64,000 nt of DNA. Origin: Octopus bimaculoides (lineage: Eukaryota). The position numbers and the translations under genes were made by a program. The stretch spans positions 38,015,944-38,079,943 of the forward strand of contig NC_068995.1 in NCBI RefSeq assembly GCF_001194135.2. The letters run 5' to 3'. This document shows positions 12,387 to 26,018 of this stretch, piece by piece. Every line of letters starts with the position of its first letter. The stretch's first letter is position 1. The notes under the pieces were generated by a model. It searched no databases and was not told the origin of the DNA. It saw only the letters and a list, made by a program, of their open reading frames with translations.

Positions 12387-15099
12387 GGACTATCAATAAT
12401 ATTAATAGTATTAATAGCGTCAATGAGATATAATACGGAATGCGCAGCCTTATAGAAATAGACGATACGGTTGTGAGCTGTGCTCTATGGAAACTTGTGA
12501 GAAGCTTAAGTATAGGGACAAGAACAAACTGATTAACAATAGATTAGGCCTAAGAGTATCATGCTTGCATAGCATCATTCGTACATGTAAGTTTTTCCCA
12601 AATAAGCGATTATACGTGCCATACTTGAACTTTGATGGTGGAAATTAATTTTGGTGTCTTATCCGTTGTAAACGTACCTTTTAGTATTAAATATAAAATC
12701 ATGGGGTATTGAGTTATATGTTGAATTAAATTACATTGCACACTGTTATAACCTACATGTTATGGTATGTGGTGAGCTATATGTAATTCCTATCCCATAA
12801 AAACTCATGCCTAGTTAGTTTGACTTCATCAGGTTTTTGGTGATTAAACTATTAATTTTTCGTTACTCTGATGTTCTACGCCACTGATCCTATTATCTAT
12901 ATTTGTAGTGGCATTTATGTAAGTAAATCTCCTAATTATATACCCCCTAGAAACTATAAAATCATATATGTAACAGAAACTGTAACACTGCAACCTATAA
13001 AATCTCTTAGGACTGAATATCTCTAACTACCTCCACTACGCCCATACCTATTACATCTTCTTTTCGGGTTACCTTAATCTCTTCCCTCCCTAAAATTTTA
13101 ATACCTTGTCTCTTTCAATGTTAGTTATATATATATTTCTTATTATTTTCTATAAATTCTTATTATTTTCTTTTCTGACTTTGATATCCTTACCAATTAA
13201 CCTCTTATCCCATATAAGTTATTAATGTCCTCAAATAAAGATTTCTCAGCTACTTAGGTCCATGCGAGATGGTTATATTATATCTATACAAGCGTATGAA
13301 TATTTGTATATATGTATATATGCATATATGTGCATAACCTATTAACCTGTTATCCTTTATTAATTATCTTTCTTGTCCATAAATAGATACATTTTAGTTA
13401 TTTATGTCTATGCATACATGGTTATGCAACATCCAAATAAACGTATAAATATTTGTGTATGTGTGCATGTGTGCACATAGATAAATATTTGTGTGCATCT
13501 GTACACATCTTATTTTTTTCTGATTCTTGGCTTATAATTAATATATAGATAGCATGTTTATCTTTCTAGTATTCCATAAGTAAATGCCTTGAGCATTCTT
13601 TATAGAAACCACCTAAGTAAATAAGTAAGTACCTGAACGAACATTGAACTGCTTCTATGTAATCTTACCTTTTTCATGTTGAAAAATTGATATAAATAAA
13701 TATATATACACACATTATGTCTATTTTGGTTATGATATCATATTTGAGAATCTTAAATTTTGTTTTATACAACATAATAATATTGTTTATAAACAATCAC
13801 CCATAGTACTCCATGACAAGATTTCTTCTGTAGTTAATATCGTAATTCTTTTAAAGTCTTATCCCTTTAACTAGTAATTAACATCATAATTTAGCGTCTT
13901 CCCCGCCCAGCCTATTTTTATAGATAGTTACCCTGTACCAATTTTACTACTCCTAATGTCTTGACAATATTCATCACCGTACCTAGCCATGAGATGTCAG
14001 CCCACTCTTGACCTTCATTCCATATAGACACAGTCTTCAAGTTTTAGATTTAGTAGTTGATAAGAAGACAAATAAATCAGAAATGAACCACAATCCTTTA
14101 TGAGCTACGACCCCAGTAGGCTTCATGCCATTCTTGTAGTGTAGTCTATTCTTCGCTAAAATAGCGACAACATAGATTTCTTCCATCTTCGTGCTCTGTT
14201 AAAATATTTGAGAAAGATTATATTAATGTGTCCAACTGATTAAAATTCTATTTATTTATGCAGCTAATGATAGCTTTGCATTTAAATTGATGTAATGATT
14301 GCATTGTTAATTTAAATAGAGCTGTTTGAAACGGTCGTACTCCATCACTTCTTGGTATCCTGTTGCTTATATATAAATATATATATTACATGGAAAAATG
14401 CGAGCATGAAAAGTAATATTCTTAAGATGATAAACCTGGACAAATTATTACCTCTCGAAATGTATAGGAGAAGATAGTACTTCTACTAAAGTAAGGAATG
14501 TGAAACTTTAAACTTAAAATATTGCAGCAAAGAATGCCAGTTCTTCTAATTTATCACTTTTTACAGTTATCATCCTTTAAATTTATTGTACAAAACTGTT
14601 CCGCTAATTTGTAAGTTTACATAATTAGTCACTTTTTTCTGTATTTAAGGTAGTAAATTATCCAAGTTCTATTCATATAAGTATAGTGTTATTTGTAAAC
14701 TGTAATAAAATAAGTTTTAATATAAGTAAAAAGTTTCTTATTCTTTATTAGAAGTAATAGCTTCTCCTATACTTTTCCAGGTGTAATAACTTGTGTACTT
14801 TTCCAGGTCTATCACTTTAATAATATAACTTTTCATGTTCGCATTTTCCCATGTAAACCATGATTTTTCCGTGCATTTGTTATAAAATAATAAATAAAGT
14901 GTCAATAAATAATTTGAAATTTTACCTTATGAAATACTGAAAGACAATATTTTAAGTTTTCTATGTAAATGATGATAATATTTCAATTTTTTATGTTTAA
15001 TTTAAATATGTTTTAATTGAATTATTTTATATTACCCGTCCACACTAAATTATTGGCAGGGATTTTTACCTCGTTGCTGGTAGCACCATGGCTCACCAA

Positions 15100-15480
15100 A
15101 AGTTTTAAAAAAAACAAGACCTCAAAACCATCAGTTACCGGGCTCACCTTAAGTAACCTAATTTTGCAATATAAGGTGGTCACAGGAATTCATTCAATGA
15201 AACAAAAAATTTCCAATGATTCCGAGATTCCCTCATTTTTCCGAACCAAAAGAAAGGATTTGCAGCATATCAGGAGGTCAGGGTACTTGATTCCACGCAA
15301 AAATTCAAATGTTTTGTATTTTTTTCTTAATGAAAATCGTGCGGGTGTTAATATAGAAATTTACCATACTGCAAACCTATCATCAAAGACATTCCAGCCT
15401 TCAGCAAACCGTCTGGGATAATCTAGGAGATTACGTACAATAGGTGTGTGATTTAGGTAGGGGGATACTTTAGCTTCTAT
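15100..15480 (-). mobile_element. Highly decayed Penelope-like RT fragment (tentative)
   Basis: Minus-strand reading VSPYL...WNVFDDRFAVW...KYPDLLI resembles PLE RT motifs SP.LA...W.RYVDD.F..W...LPFLD. Confidence 0.3.
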
Positions 15481-15769
15481 TTTTAGCGTCTCGAGTGACC
15501 AGATTCAGGCTCTTTCATTGGTTCGATTGCGCGGTGAGATTTCTTTTTACATATATATGTAATATGTATATATATATTATCGGCAGAAATTAGAAAGTAA
15601 GTTAAAACATGAAAGTTTCGTGTATTAGCACTTATCAAACACGAATTTGTCCATTGTCACTCTGTAACCTCTGACGAAATAACTTCTAAAGTACAAAGTT
15701 TTGTCAAAAACTCTACCAGTATCGGAAGTTTGAAAGTGTTCTGTTAAAAAAAAACATAAATAATCTGTA

Positions 15770-15850
15770 TGTCAAAGTCGACCTCGACGAAATTTTAACT
15801 GAAAAAGACAGACGAAATACCTTTAAGCATTTTGCCCGTTTCTGCCGGGT
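15770..15850 (-). mobile_element. SINE family B fragment
   Basis: caaagtcgacctcgacgaaattt...gacagacgaaatacctttaagcattttgcccg. Confidence 0.65.
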
Positions 15851-18800
15851 CGTCTTTATTCTTATTGCATAAGCGTTTCTCCCTTACTTTCTTACTTACT
15901 GACATAAGATTTCGTAACAATTTACCTCATATCTCTTTTTCTACTAATGTTTGGTGAATGTGTCTAGCGATTCTGAATTCCTAATGCATTTTTCAATCTT
16001 TTAAGCCTAAGAAAAGTATACTTTTAGTTTAAGATGAAAAAAGTTTACGTTAATTGAATATGAACATCTGCTTTACTGTCCCCCTTGAGGTCGCAGATAT
16101 TTTGATGTAACTTTTTTACTGAACCAGATCTCAAACTATTTATGCCAAAATGTAGCTGATGGTGTGTCCTCTTTACAACTATTAACAGTTTGCAATTTAG
16201 TTGAGAACTGAATGAGTGGTGAAGCTTCGAAGATGCTGCGATTGACGAACTGGTGGACTTAAGAATATATTCAACCACCCACCCAAAAATAAAAATGAAG
16301 AACAAATACAGAAAACAACGCGAGGACGTGGTACATGTAAAGTATTAACAGGCGCTAAAGGAAAGAAAGAAGCTCTTTCTTCGGAAACAGAAGACAGAGG
16401 AAAGTTCAATTGAAGAGGAAGACGGAAGAAAAAATCGCCAACGATTCACATGTAGTTACTCAAATATTAATACATACACACATACGCACACACAAACATA
16501 CAAACACACACACACACACACATATATATGTATGTATGTATTTACGTATAGATTTGTTAAAACCTTTTAAAAGTTTAGCCATGAAACCTAGGTGGGAATT
16601 CATGGTATTTAAGTAGTGAAACACAAAATTTATAATAGTGCAGCTTAGAGAAGAGACTTATACTGTATATTGCTGTATGGCCAATGAATAGGCGACTGAG
16701 ACATACAGGTGATCAGAGACAAAGATAGATATTGGTACCAGTTTAAATGAATAACTTTTGGGTTGTTCCGATATTTCCATTGTAATCAGATTGTGTGCTA
16801 CGCACTCGACCATAAAAACATATAATAATGTATTCACAGGAAGTCAATTATTTATCAATTTACGCAGGATGGACTTTAAGTACGTTAGTAAGTAGGTGAT
16901 TCATTTCTTTTCGAAATATTGCTTGAGGTTTAATCGTTATCCGTTTCTTACAGTCAACTGGTATTATCCTTCCTAAATAACAATACAGAACATTAGTGCT
17001 AAAAGGATTATTTGTGTAATTTCTGTTTTGCAACGTAATTTTCAATCAATAACATCAAACTATCGCGGTGCTTTCAAAAATGAATTCTGATAATCTATCT
17101 ATCGTGCCTTTCAGAAATAAAAGATAATTTGCACATTTACATCAAGTGTTTGACAACATTTCATTTCCTAATGTTATGTTTTGAGAAAGTCATATGTAAA
17201 GGACCGCTTTTATTATATGATACACTCCCATCGACATTTATGGTACGCATATATATATATATATANNNNNNNNNNNNNNNNNNNNNNNNNNNNNNNNNNN
17301 NNNNNNNNNNNNNNNNNNNNNNNNNNNNNNNNNNNNNNNNNNNNNNNNNNNNNNNNNNNNNNNNNNNNNNNNNNNNNNNNNNNNNNNNNNNNNNNNNNNN
17401 NNNNNNNNNNNNNNNNNNNNNNNNNNNNNNNNNNNNNNNNNNNNNNNNNNNNNNNNNNNNNNNNNATATATATATATATATATATATACATACATACATA
17501 CACACGCACACACACACACACGCACATAGATATATATATACATATGTATACATATGTATATACTGTTGTGTCTGGTGTGAATCATTTTCTCTTTGTATCT
17601 TATAATTTAACACACTCACCGGTAAAATTTCCACTTATTCTTTGCTCTTATTTTTCTAAAATTTTCGTTGCGTCTTGCAAACTTCTCAATTGTCCTAACT
17701 CTGTCCGTTATTTACACTGCCTTCATTTTTGTTTGCTTGTGCACAATTGTGTGAGTCATTTTGTGTGTGTGTGCCTATCCATGTATGCATGTATGTATGA
17801 ATGTGTGTATGTATATATGTGTGTGTATGCATATGTATATATGTATTTGTGTGCATCAGTATGTATCTATTCTGCATATTCATGTTCTTGCATTTCGTGT
17901 TTGTGTATTTTTATGTATGTGTGTGTGAACGTGTGTTTGTTTATGTATGCACCTCTGTCTCCCTGTGTGTGCATGTCTGTGCGTGTGTGTTTTGCAACTA
18001 TGTACCACGTTTGTATGTATGGATATGCATCTCCATATGTGTGGAAACGTGTCTCCGTATGTGTCCTTGTGTGAAGTAAAGTGTGTGTGTATATATGGTC
18101 ATGTGTTTCAGTCTAATAAAAAGGAAATATACATAATAGATATCACAGTTTACACAGGTGGAATAGATTAGTTAGTGGGCTGTTATGTAGATTGATGTAT
18201 GTATGTATGTGTGGAGGGAGGGGGTACATATGTGTATATGCACATGTATGTAAGCATATGGATATGAAAATAAACAGATCAACATAGAGACAAATAGGTA
18301 CATAGGTTATATGAAGAGACAAGCACACATACGCAAATGGGGACAGAAACAAAGGAATGTCCCACTGGTCTGCACATACTTTCTTTAATCTTTTCAAATA
18401 CGTTACTTAATGCATGTGGCAGGGTATCGGTATATGAATATATGTGAGTGACAACTGAGTAAACGTCAGTTATCTGCCAAAAGGGTATATGATGTTATCT
18501 GGATATAGATGGAAAACTGCATGAGATGGGAGTGATGCCCATCCAGNNNNNNNNNNNNNNNNNNNNNNNNNNNNNNNNNNNNNNNNNNNNNNNNNNNNNN
18601 NNNNNNNNNNNNNNNNNNNNNNNNNNNNNNNNNNNNNNNNNNNNNNNNNNNNNNNNNNNNNNNNNNNNNNNNNNNNNNNNNNNNNNNNNNNNNNNNNNNN
18701 NNNNNNNNNNNNNNNNNNNNNNNNNNNNNNNNNNNNNNNNNNNNNNNNNNNNNNNNNNNNNNNNNNNNNNNNNNNNNNNNNNNNNNNNNNNNNNNNNNNN

Positions 18801-19014
18801 NNNNNNNNNNNNNNNNNNNNNNNNNNNNNNNNNNNNNNNNNNNNNNNNNNNNNNNNNNNNNNNNNNNNNNNNNNNNNNNNNNNNNNNNNNNNNNNNNNNN
18901 NNNNNNNNNNNNNNNNNNNNNNNNNNNNNNNNNNNNNNNNNNNNNNNNNNNNNNNNNNNNNNNNNNNNNNNNNNNNNNNNNNNNNNNNNNNNNNNNNNNN
19001 NNNNNNNNNNNNNN

Positions 19015-19048
<34 letters not shown>

Positions 19049-19123
19049 CAGTGAATAATTTCACTGGAAAACGTTATATATATTTGCAAAGGAATATCTT
19101 TCGCATCGAAGGTCGGCGGTTGT

Positions 19124-19168
19124 CGTACGCTGAAGACGGGTAAATACCCAGAAACTCGAGTCTGTACG
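19124..19168 (+). ncRNA. Minimal type I hammerhead ribozyme motif
   Basis: Stem I CGTACG/TGTACG; core CTGAAGA; stem II (C)GGGT-AAAT-ACCC(A); GAAA; stem III C-TCGA-G with a palindromic loop; GTC cleavage triplet. Confidence 0.75.
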
Positions 19169-20834
19169 TATCGCAGATCGAGATGGGAAGGATGACTTCC
19201 CTTTGATAATATAGACAGGACACATGTGTGTCAATAGCCAGCTGGAGGAGATGTTCTCCTGGGGCTAAAAGCAACAGTAACATCCACCCTTAACATTTCT
19301 AGTTATGTCCGTTCAAATTTATTTGTGATTTCAGGTGACGTGCACTACTATAAGTTCCTGCTGCAGACGTAAAAAAAAAATTAACAGAATTATGTATAAA
19401 ACGTTTGGATTTGCAAATTAGATTAAATGAAATGAGATTATTTATTGTCATTTCCTGTTTTGTTTTGGAATCTCTTTGTTCTTTACTTTTATTCAGATTA
19501 TATTTTCACACAATTTCCAGTATATCACTGCAAGAGACAAAATCAGATCCCGGACTTTCAGTGTCATTTTAGATCCGTTGATTGTCACCTCTCATAAAAC
19601 AAGGTAGTCTATCAAGTAGCACATGACAAGTTCAAAGTTATGTAGAGTACTTATGTAGAGTACTTGATGGAGAGATAAGAACCGAAACTGGAGAGCTCAT
19701 CACTAATTTTCCCCTGTAATTTTTGTAAAGTGTTTGTAGAAGAAATTGTACAGCATGCAGCCGTTTGCAAGTTCAGTATATGGGATGTTTTTTGTTTTGC
19801 TGAGCCTGTGAAAATTTCAGACTGTACTGAACATTTTGAAATTTGGTTTATTGATATAATATTCTACGCCGAACCTATGGCAATATTTCACTTTTTTCAG
19901 AAGATGTTTTAAAAAGTTATAGAGCTTTAAAGTTTGATGAGTTTTACCTAGTCAGAAAACATAATTTGGAAGCACGTGAAATAACAGCGGAATTCTGCTT
20001 TACGTACACCATATAAACCTTCGGAACTTATTGTTTTGAATTTTCAGAAAACTTTTGTGAATTTCTATTCTACACACGAGAATTCATATGATTATGAAAG
20101 AACCAGAACAAAAACATTGGGAATGCGTGATTTAAGGCCTATTTAGCTGTTATGTTTATCACCTCTCACAGCCACCTAAATGAGTAAAACATATTTGTCA
20201 ACACTTGCTCTCTTGCAGACAAAAGATTTCTCATGATTGGCTTGTTACTATGGAAATAGGCATCAATGTGTCTGTTGCTTACAACTGGCCAAATTTGCAC
20301 ATTTATGGCGAAAATGAATTTATGTCAATGATTAGCCTATAAAATGACATCATTAAACCAAATATAAAGTCAAAAGTCAATTGGAACAGAAATTGTAGAA
20401 ATTGAAGAGTGTCAGCCAAACAGAAAAGATCCAGTACATATTTCACTCTCTCATATACTTTTCCACCTTACAATTGTAGGCAGGTAGGACAAGCATGAAA
20501 TTATTAATGTGTTAAAAACTTTTACTTTCATTACTGTAAGTAGATGCTAATCAAAATGAAAGGCTTTCGTTTTAATTGAAATACGTTTACGATTTTTTAA
20601 CATATCTCAATTGTCAAGATTCTGACTTATAGACATACACATGCAGATGATAAAACGGACAAATAAGTGAATAATCTCATTTTCTCTTCTTTCATATTTA
20701 TTTCATTATTAATTTTTTGTAATTTATGCCAAGCTATAATGGATTTAGGAAATAACATTTAGTGACCTGGTCATGAATATTGAATAAATCTTACAGACAT
20801 AATAGGTAAATAATTTTATTTCACTTTATTCTAT

Positions 20835-21853
20835 ACTAGCAGTATAACCCGGCGCTGCTCGGGATTAAGCTAGGATTATTAAATGATTAAGTCCTTTATT
20901 TCAAACCAAAATAAGTAACATCGACATCAGATTTGAGCGAAATCCGTTGAAATTGGTTTGGCTGAAAATGGTTTGCTGGCAATTTGATTGGGAAATTCCA
21001 TAAGGAATCAGTTTATTGGTTATTTTCACTTATTGATTCTTTTTTAAAATGTTGCATTAGAGATCTGCATAGGAGAAGGTTGATCTGAAGGTTTGCATTG
21101 GGGATCTGGATTGGAGTAACTTAGGAAAGCTTACCAACAACCTTAACCAAAAAATAAGGAGCCTGTCCCTTCTATGTTAACTCTNNNNNNNNNNNNNNNN
21201 NNNNNNNNNNNNNNNNNNNNNNNNNNNNNNNNNNNNNNNNNNNNNNNNNNNNNNNNNNNNNNNNNNNNNNNNNNNNNNNNNNNNNNNNNNNNNNNNNNNN
21301 NNNNNNNNNNNNNNNNNNNNNNNNNNNNNNNNNNNNNNNNNNNNNNNNNNNNNNNNNNNNNNNNNNNNNNNNNNNNNNNNNNNNNNNNNNNNNNNNNNNN
21401 NNNNNNNNNNNNNNNNNNNNNNNNNNNNNNNNNNNNNNNNNNNNNNNNNNNNNNNNNNNNNNNNNNNNNNNNNNNNNNNNNNNNNNNNNNNNNNNNNNNN
21501 NNNNNNNNNNNNNNNNNNNNNNNNNNNNNNNNNNNNNNNNNNNNNTCTTTCTCTCTCTTTCTTTCTTTCTCCTTCTCTTTCTTTCTTTCTCTCTCTCTTG
21601 CTCGCTCTCTCCTTCACGCACGTACGCAAAGATTTGACTTCGCCATGTCAACAAACTTCAAAATTGGTAAAAGTTTCTCGATTTTTACAGCTATACGCGG
21701 GTGCCTCTGTGAGAAAAAGTTGACAAAAACACAGATAGGGTCATGAACAATGTCCTCCTAAAATTGGAGCGATATGCGTGCTAATTTGTGGACGTGCATA
21801 ACCCACATCACGTACACACACACACAAACATCTTGTGTTTTATAGATATTGAT
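20835..21853 (+). mobile_element. Non-autonomous Helentron/HINE (DINE-like) element, interrupted by a gap
   Basis: 5' ACTAGCAGTATAA + imperfect hairpin CCCGGCGCTGCTCGGG; internal (TC)-rich microsatellite; 3' acacacaaacatcttgtgttttatagatattgat; T-rich flanks. Confidence 0.6.
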
Positions 21854-23499
21854 TACATTTGAATTCATGCAAACGACACTTAAAGAAGAAAGTTTATAAA
21901 AAATATTTAGTTATCCTTAAAATTCTTAATCTGAGTTGAAACCAGTACATATATGATTGGTTGCCATACATTATATTTCCAAAATATGCACAAACATTAA
22001 ATGGTAATACGCTTTGAAATTAGAAAAAAAAAAAAACTTCCAGTGCAGTTTCTATGTTCCCTGTATTTCCGTTTGATATATATCTAGACAGATACACATA
22101 TACATGTGTGTATCTGTGAATATAGAAATATGTTCAAAAGCGATAGCTTAAAGAGCTTGCCTAGAGTGAATTATTGATTATAAGTTTGTTAACTGTTGCT
22201 TCAAAGTTCAGCTGAATTGAGTTTATTCAAACTCTACATAAATAAAATATTAGTTGGATATATACGTAACATTGAAGTTATCGAGTAGATGTTGGAATTT
22301 GTCAAAGTAGGAAAGGAGAGTCAAATAATCGGCTGATCTGTTGGTTGAATGAATGCAGGTGGTGGGAATTTAATCTCTGTGGAGATGGTTAGAAGAAGGT
22401 AGAAAGTATTTGTTGGTGTAGTAGCAAAATTTTGTTAGGAAAATTGAGGATGTGATACTCAATGATTTAACACAGAAATAACGAGAAAATTACAGCAAAG
22501 CTGTGTGATAGTGGTGTCAGACATAGCATGCAGCCCATCATATAATTGTTTCATATCGTGTTTTTATTCTTCCCTTCCTTTATACGAATTCAGTGTGCAC
22601 ATATGCATTGCTTGTTTGTACTTCTCTTTACGGTTCCTACTCAAAACTGTTTACATATCACGACCATCTCATAAACCTGCGTTAGGGAAGAACGCTTCAC
22701 GTTCTAATGTTTGCGACTAAAGTTCGAATGTAACACTAGAACCTGTGTATTGAAGGAGGTTGTCATTTGTTATACTGCAGAATATCAGCAAGAAGACTGG
22801 GGTTGGCCTGCTAGAATATTTTCTTAAATTATGAATCATGTTAGTATTTATAACTGTGAAGCTATAGATTATGTGAGAAAAGAAGGCTTCTTTTTGCAAG
22901 TTCCTTCATAAGTCCCACTACGTTGTTTTAAAAAACTAACATGTGATCTTGGAGTAATCAGTATCTTAACGTTAAATTGTATCCTTGGGAAATAATTGAA
23001 GCTTGTTCTAAATTCTATCTTCACACGAAATATTCTCTGGTCCTTTAACAAAAATATATGTCAAATGCTTGAATTTTCCTCGCATCTGGGGTGGATTGCT
23101 CCACGCAAGTGTAAGTTGATCAGAGCCTCAAATAAAGATAATTGAAATACAAAACCATTTTGCGGTCTGAAAAATATATTTAATGTCGTGACTAAACACT
23201 GAACGGAATGGTTACCTTGTGCGCAGTGTTACAATAGTCAGTTGAAAAGAAATCGAGTCAAAAAAGTTTAGATTGTCAACTGAAATAAGAAAAATCAACT
23301 CCATTCAGCTGCCATAGTTTAAACTCACAATTAAGCAAAACCTGTTCGAAATACAACCAACAGTCAGAAATACCAATAGTCAGATTCTGACAAACTAAGG
23401 CACAATATCTCGTTCCTCGATGCCAACATCATCATTTAGGTATGGAAAAGTAAGATTTCACAAATCAATCCAAGTAAGCTGCCAAGCTAATAAATCACA

Positions 23500-24230
23500 G
23501 TGGAACACGATCTGGTCGTGACTCTCTGAAGCCGTGACAAATTAGTATGACGTCTTGCAGTTCGAAACCTGCTTTATCCTTTGGATTTGGAGCAAACATT
23601 GGAATGTCACCTCCAAATCTCCCGTCAACCGTTTGCAGGAAGGCGCCTTCGAACAGAAATTCCTCTCCATTGAGTACATCAAGCTGAGCAATGTAATGTA
23701 GAAATCGTGATTTGCCAGCGCATTTGAGAAACACAAAGTGACCTTCAATGATATCCAAGAGTAGTCGGTTGAAATTAGTAGCACGTCCCAAAAATGTCAC
23801 TTCTGGAATTCTTATTGCCAGTTCTGTTGCGTCTTGAAGCCTAACCGACACTCTTGGCCTGCTTCATTATCACGATTCCAGCCGGATGACACAACAAGGT
23901 TGTTTCTTTTAGCTGCCCATATGTCAGTGAACACCAACTCCTCACCGACAAACTGCGACACGTATCTGCCAACTGTTTCAAGTAATCAGCTCCACATTTC
24001 TCCATGCCGTGAGGAAACACCAATCGTCACAAGATCATGGGAGATTTAGCAATCCTTTATTGTCTATATCTCTTTCCAATATATCGCTTAAGTGTCATTC
24101 GATGGATGGCAAAACCCTTAGTCGCACTCCGCACACTCTTTCCACCTGCAATAATATCAACCCCTCATTCAATACCATCATGGGGAGTTTGTCCGTAATT
24201 TGTCTTTCGCATGTTGTTTACGCGTTTCTC
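23500..24230 (-). mobile_element. pogo/Tigger-like DNA transposase pseudogene fragment (psq-like HTH + CENP-B HTH)
   Basis: Frameshifted minus-strand reading RKTNYGQTPH...GGKSVRSATK.FAIHRMTLKRYI...VFPHGMEK..ADYLKQLA...SGWNRDNEAGQE...LAIRIPEVTFLGRATNFNR, typical of pogo N-terminal DNA-binding domains. Confidence 0.6.
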
Positions 24231-24464
24231 ATGTGCTTCTGAAAAAAAGAAAAAAAATGAATATTAAATGCGTTGTATATGTTAACGAAAGTTCACTTCA
24301 AAACATTTTATTTTCTTAAACGCTATGAGTTAAATTGGATTTATTGGAGTTATTCTCTCGTTCTATCAATGCAGTTAGTCCTCTAGGCGTTCTCGCAGCT
24401 ACCAGACATCACACGTATTATTCGTGGTGATTTTCCAATTGGTCTTATCATAAGCCATAGCTCA

Positions 24465-24467
<3 letters not shown>

Positions 24468-24531
<64 letters not shown>

Positions 24532-24551
24532 ATAATAATAATAATAATAAT
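24468..24551. repeat. Compound (CTA)n(TAA)n microsatellite
   Basis: Directly visible; forms the tail of the adjacent interspersed repeat. Confidence 0.95.
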
Positions 24552-24554
24552 ACT

Positions 24555-24975
24555 TGTTAAAATAGATGAGCTACAGCAAATATTCTGCTCAATACTACAA
24601 ATTTGCTTGTCAGTTTTTTTTTACCTTAACCAGTCGAGTAATCTCTGAGCACGAGCAGAGGTTGTGGGGTGGGGGTGGGGGGTAGCATCATAGCCATTTC
24701 TTGAGAGGAATTCTTTAGGATTTTAATAATCCACCACATGGGTGTTTCGTGCAACATCCATAATCAACCCTGATTCAGAGACCTTTTGAACGGGATGTGC
24801 CTCTCGACCTGAAGAAAAATCTAGCTGGGCTGCACCTGCGAGGTCGCGCGCTGTTTATCTTGATATGAGATCACCATATCGTGCACATAAGTTTGTGATG
24901 TATGTTCCTGGTATACTCATATCAGACAGGTAGTGATGATGCGTATATGTGGCTTCGTATATATTGCTGCTGTTA
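24555..24975 (-). mobile_element. Interspersed repeat with (ATT)n tail, decayed copy
   Basis: Collinear with 62233-62790 (gctacagcaaatattctg, agcatcatagccat, gagaggaattcttt, gcgctgtttatcttgatatgagatcacc). Confidence 0.8.
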
Positions 24976-25084
24976 CGGCCGTTTTGAGCATTTTAAGAGT
25001 GAATCTGTAATGTTGCCTACGTACAGCTAAATGGTATTAAATATTGAGTTCAAATTTTAGCGCACTTTCAGGAATAGGAGAAAT

Positions 25085-25231
25085 TGGCTAAGTTTTCAAC
25101 TGGTACTTATTTTAACGACCCCGAAGGATAAAAGACAAAGTCGACCTCGGTAAAATTTGAACTCGGAACGTGTGGACGGACAAAATGCCGTTAAGCATTT
25201 TTCCTTCACGTGCTACCAGCTCGCCGCCTTA
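25085..25231 (-). mobile_element. SINE family B
   Basis: ctggtacttattttaacgaccccgaagg...aaagtcgacctcgg...accagctcgccgcctta. Confidence 0.75.
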
Positions 25232-25986
25232 GTGGCATTAAATATTCGCAGTTAAATGCTTTCATAACGATAACACAATACTGATGTGTGTGTTTTTAGT
25301 GACGAGCATTTAGAGGCTGGTTCATAAAGATCGTATATAGTCTATCATGTATCACGCGTTCAGGCTAAACACATGCGAATAATTACTGCTACATAAGTTT
25401 ATTATTCATTAATCGACAATTAGTGAACATTAGTTATTGCGGTACGGTGTTGTTATAATATCTTTGTATGGAGTAATGCTCCCGATAATACTTTCATTGA
25501 TTTTATATCGGAATTACATGATAATAGAAATTTATTAGCAAAAATACACAGTTTTACGACTGTAATGATTTTTTTTCATTTCCGTTTAATAACATAATTC
25601 TCAATACATATAGGCAAATTAAGAGCCTGCTCTAAAAGCTAAGTTTTCATAATGTATATAATCGTCTCTCTTCAAGGAGTGTTGCATTGTTATCACATGT
25701 GTTTGTAATTTATCGTCATTATTATTCACGTTTCATTTGAGACTAAGTTTTCAGAAAGCATCTTAGAAAGACAACGATTTTCACATCGATCACTCCAATG
25801 GTGCATGTCTTATGTGCATGTATTATGTATGAAGGCAAACACATATAGACATACATACAAAAATAATACACATAATCATACGTACATATAAATACATACA
25901 TATACGTATATAAACATACATATGCATACACATACTTACACACATGTATATATGCATCTCTCTCCCTCTCTCCCTCTCTCTCTCTG

Positions 25987-26018
<32 letters not shown>

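Noticed and set aside
12800-12850. Minus-strand CTGATGA-AGTC motif as a hammerhead
   Set aside because: No GAAA at the required position and no stem I or stem III.
15017-15421. 134-aa plus-strand ORF
   Set aside because: No recognisable domain; the opposite strand better resembles a decayed RT.
23495-23851. 118-aa minus-strand ORF as a host gene
   Set aside because: Explained as a frameshifted pogo-like transposase remnant.
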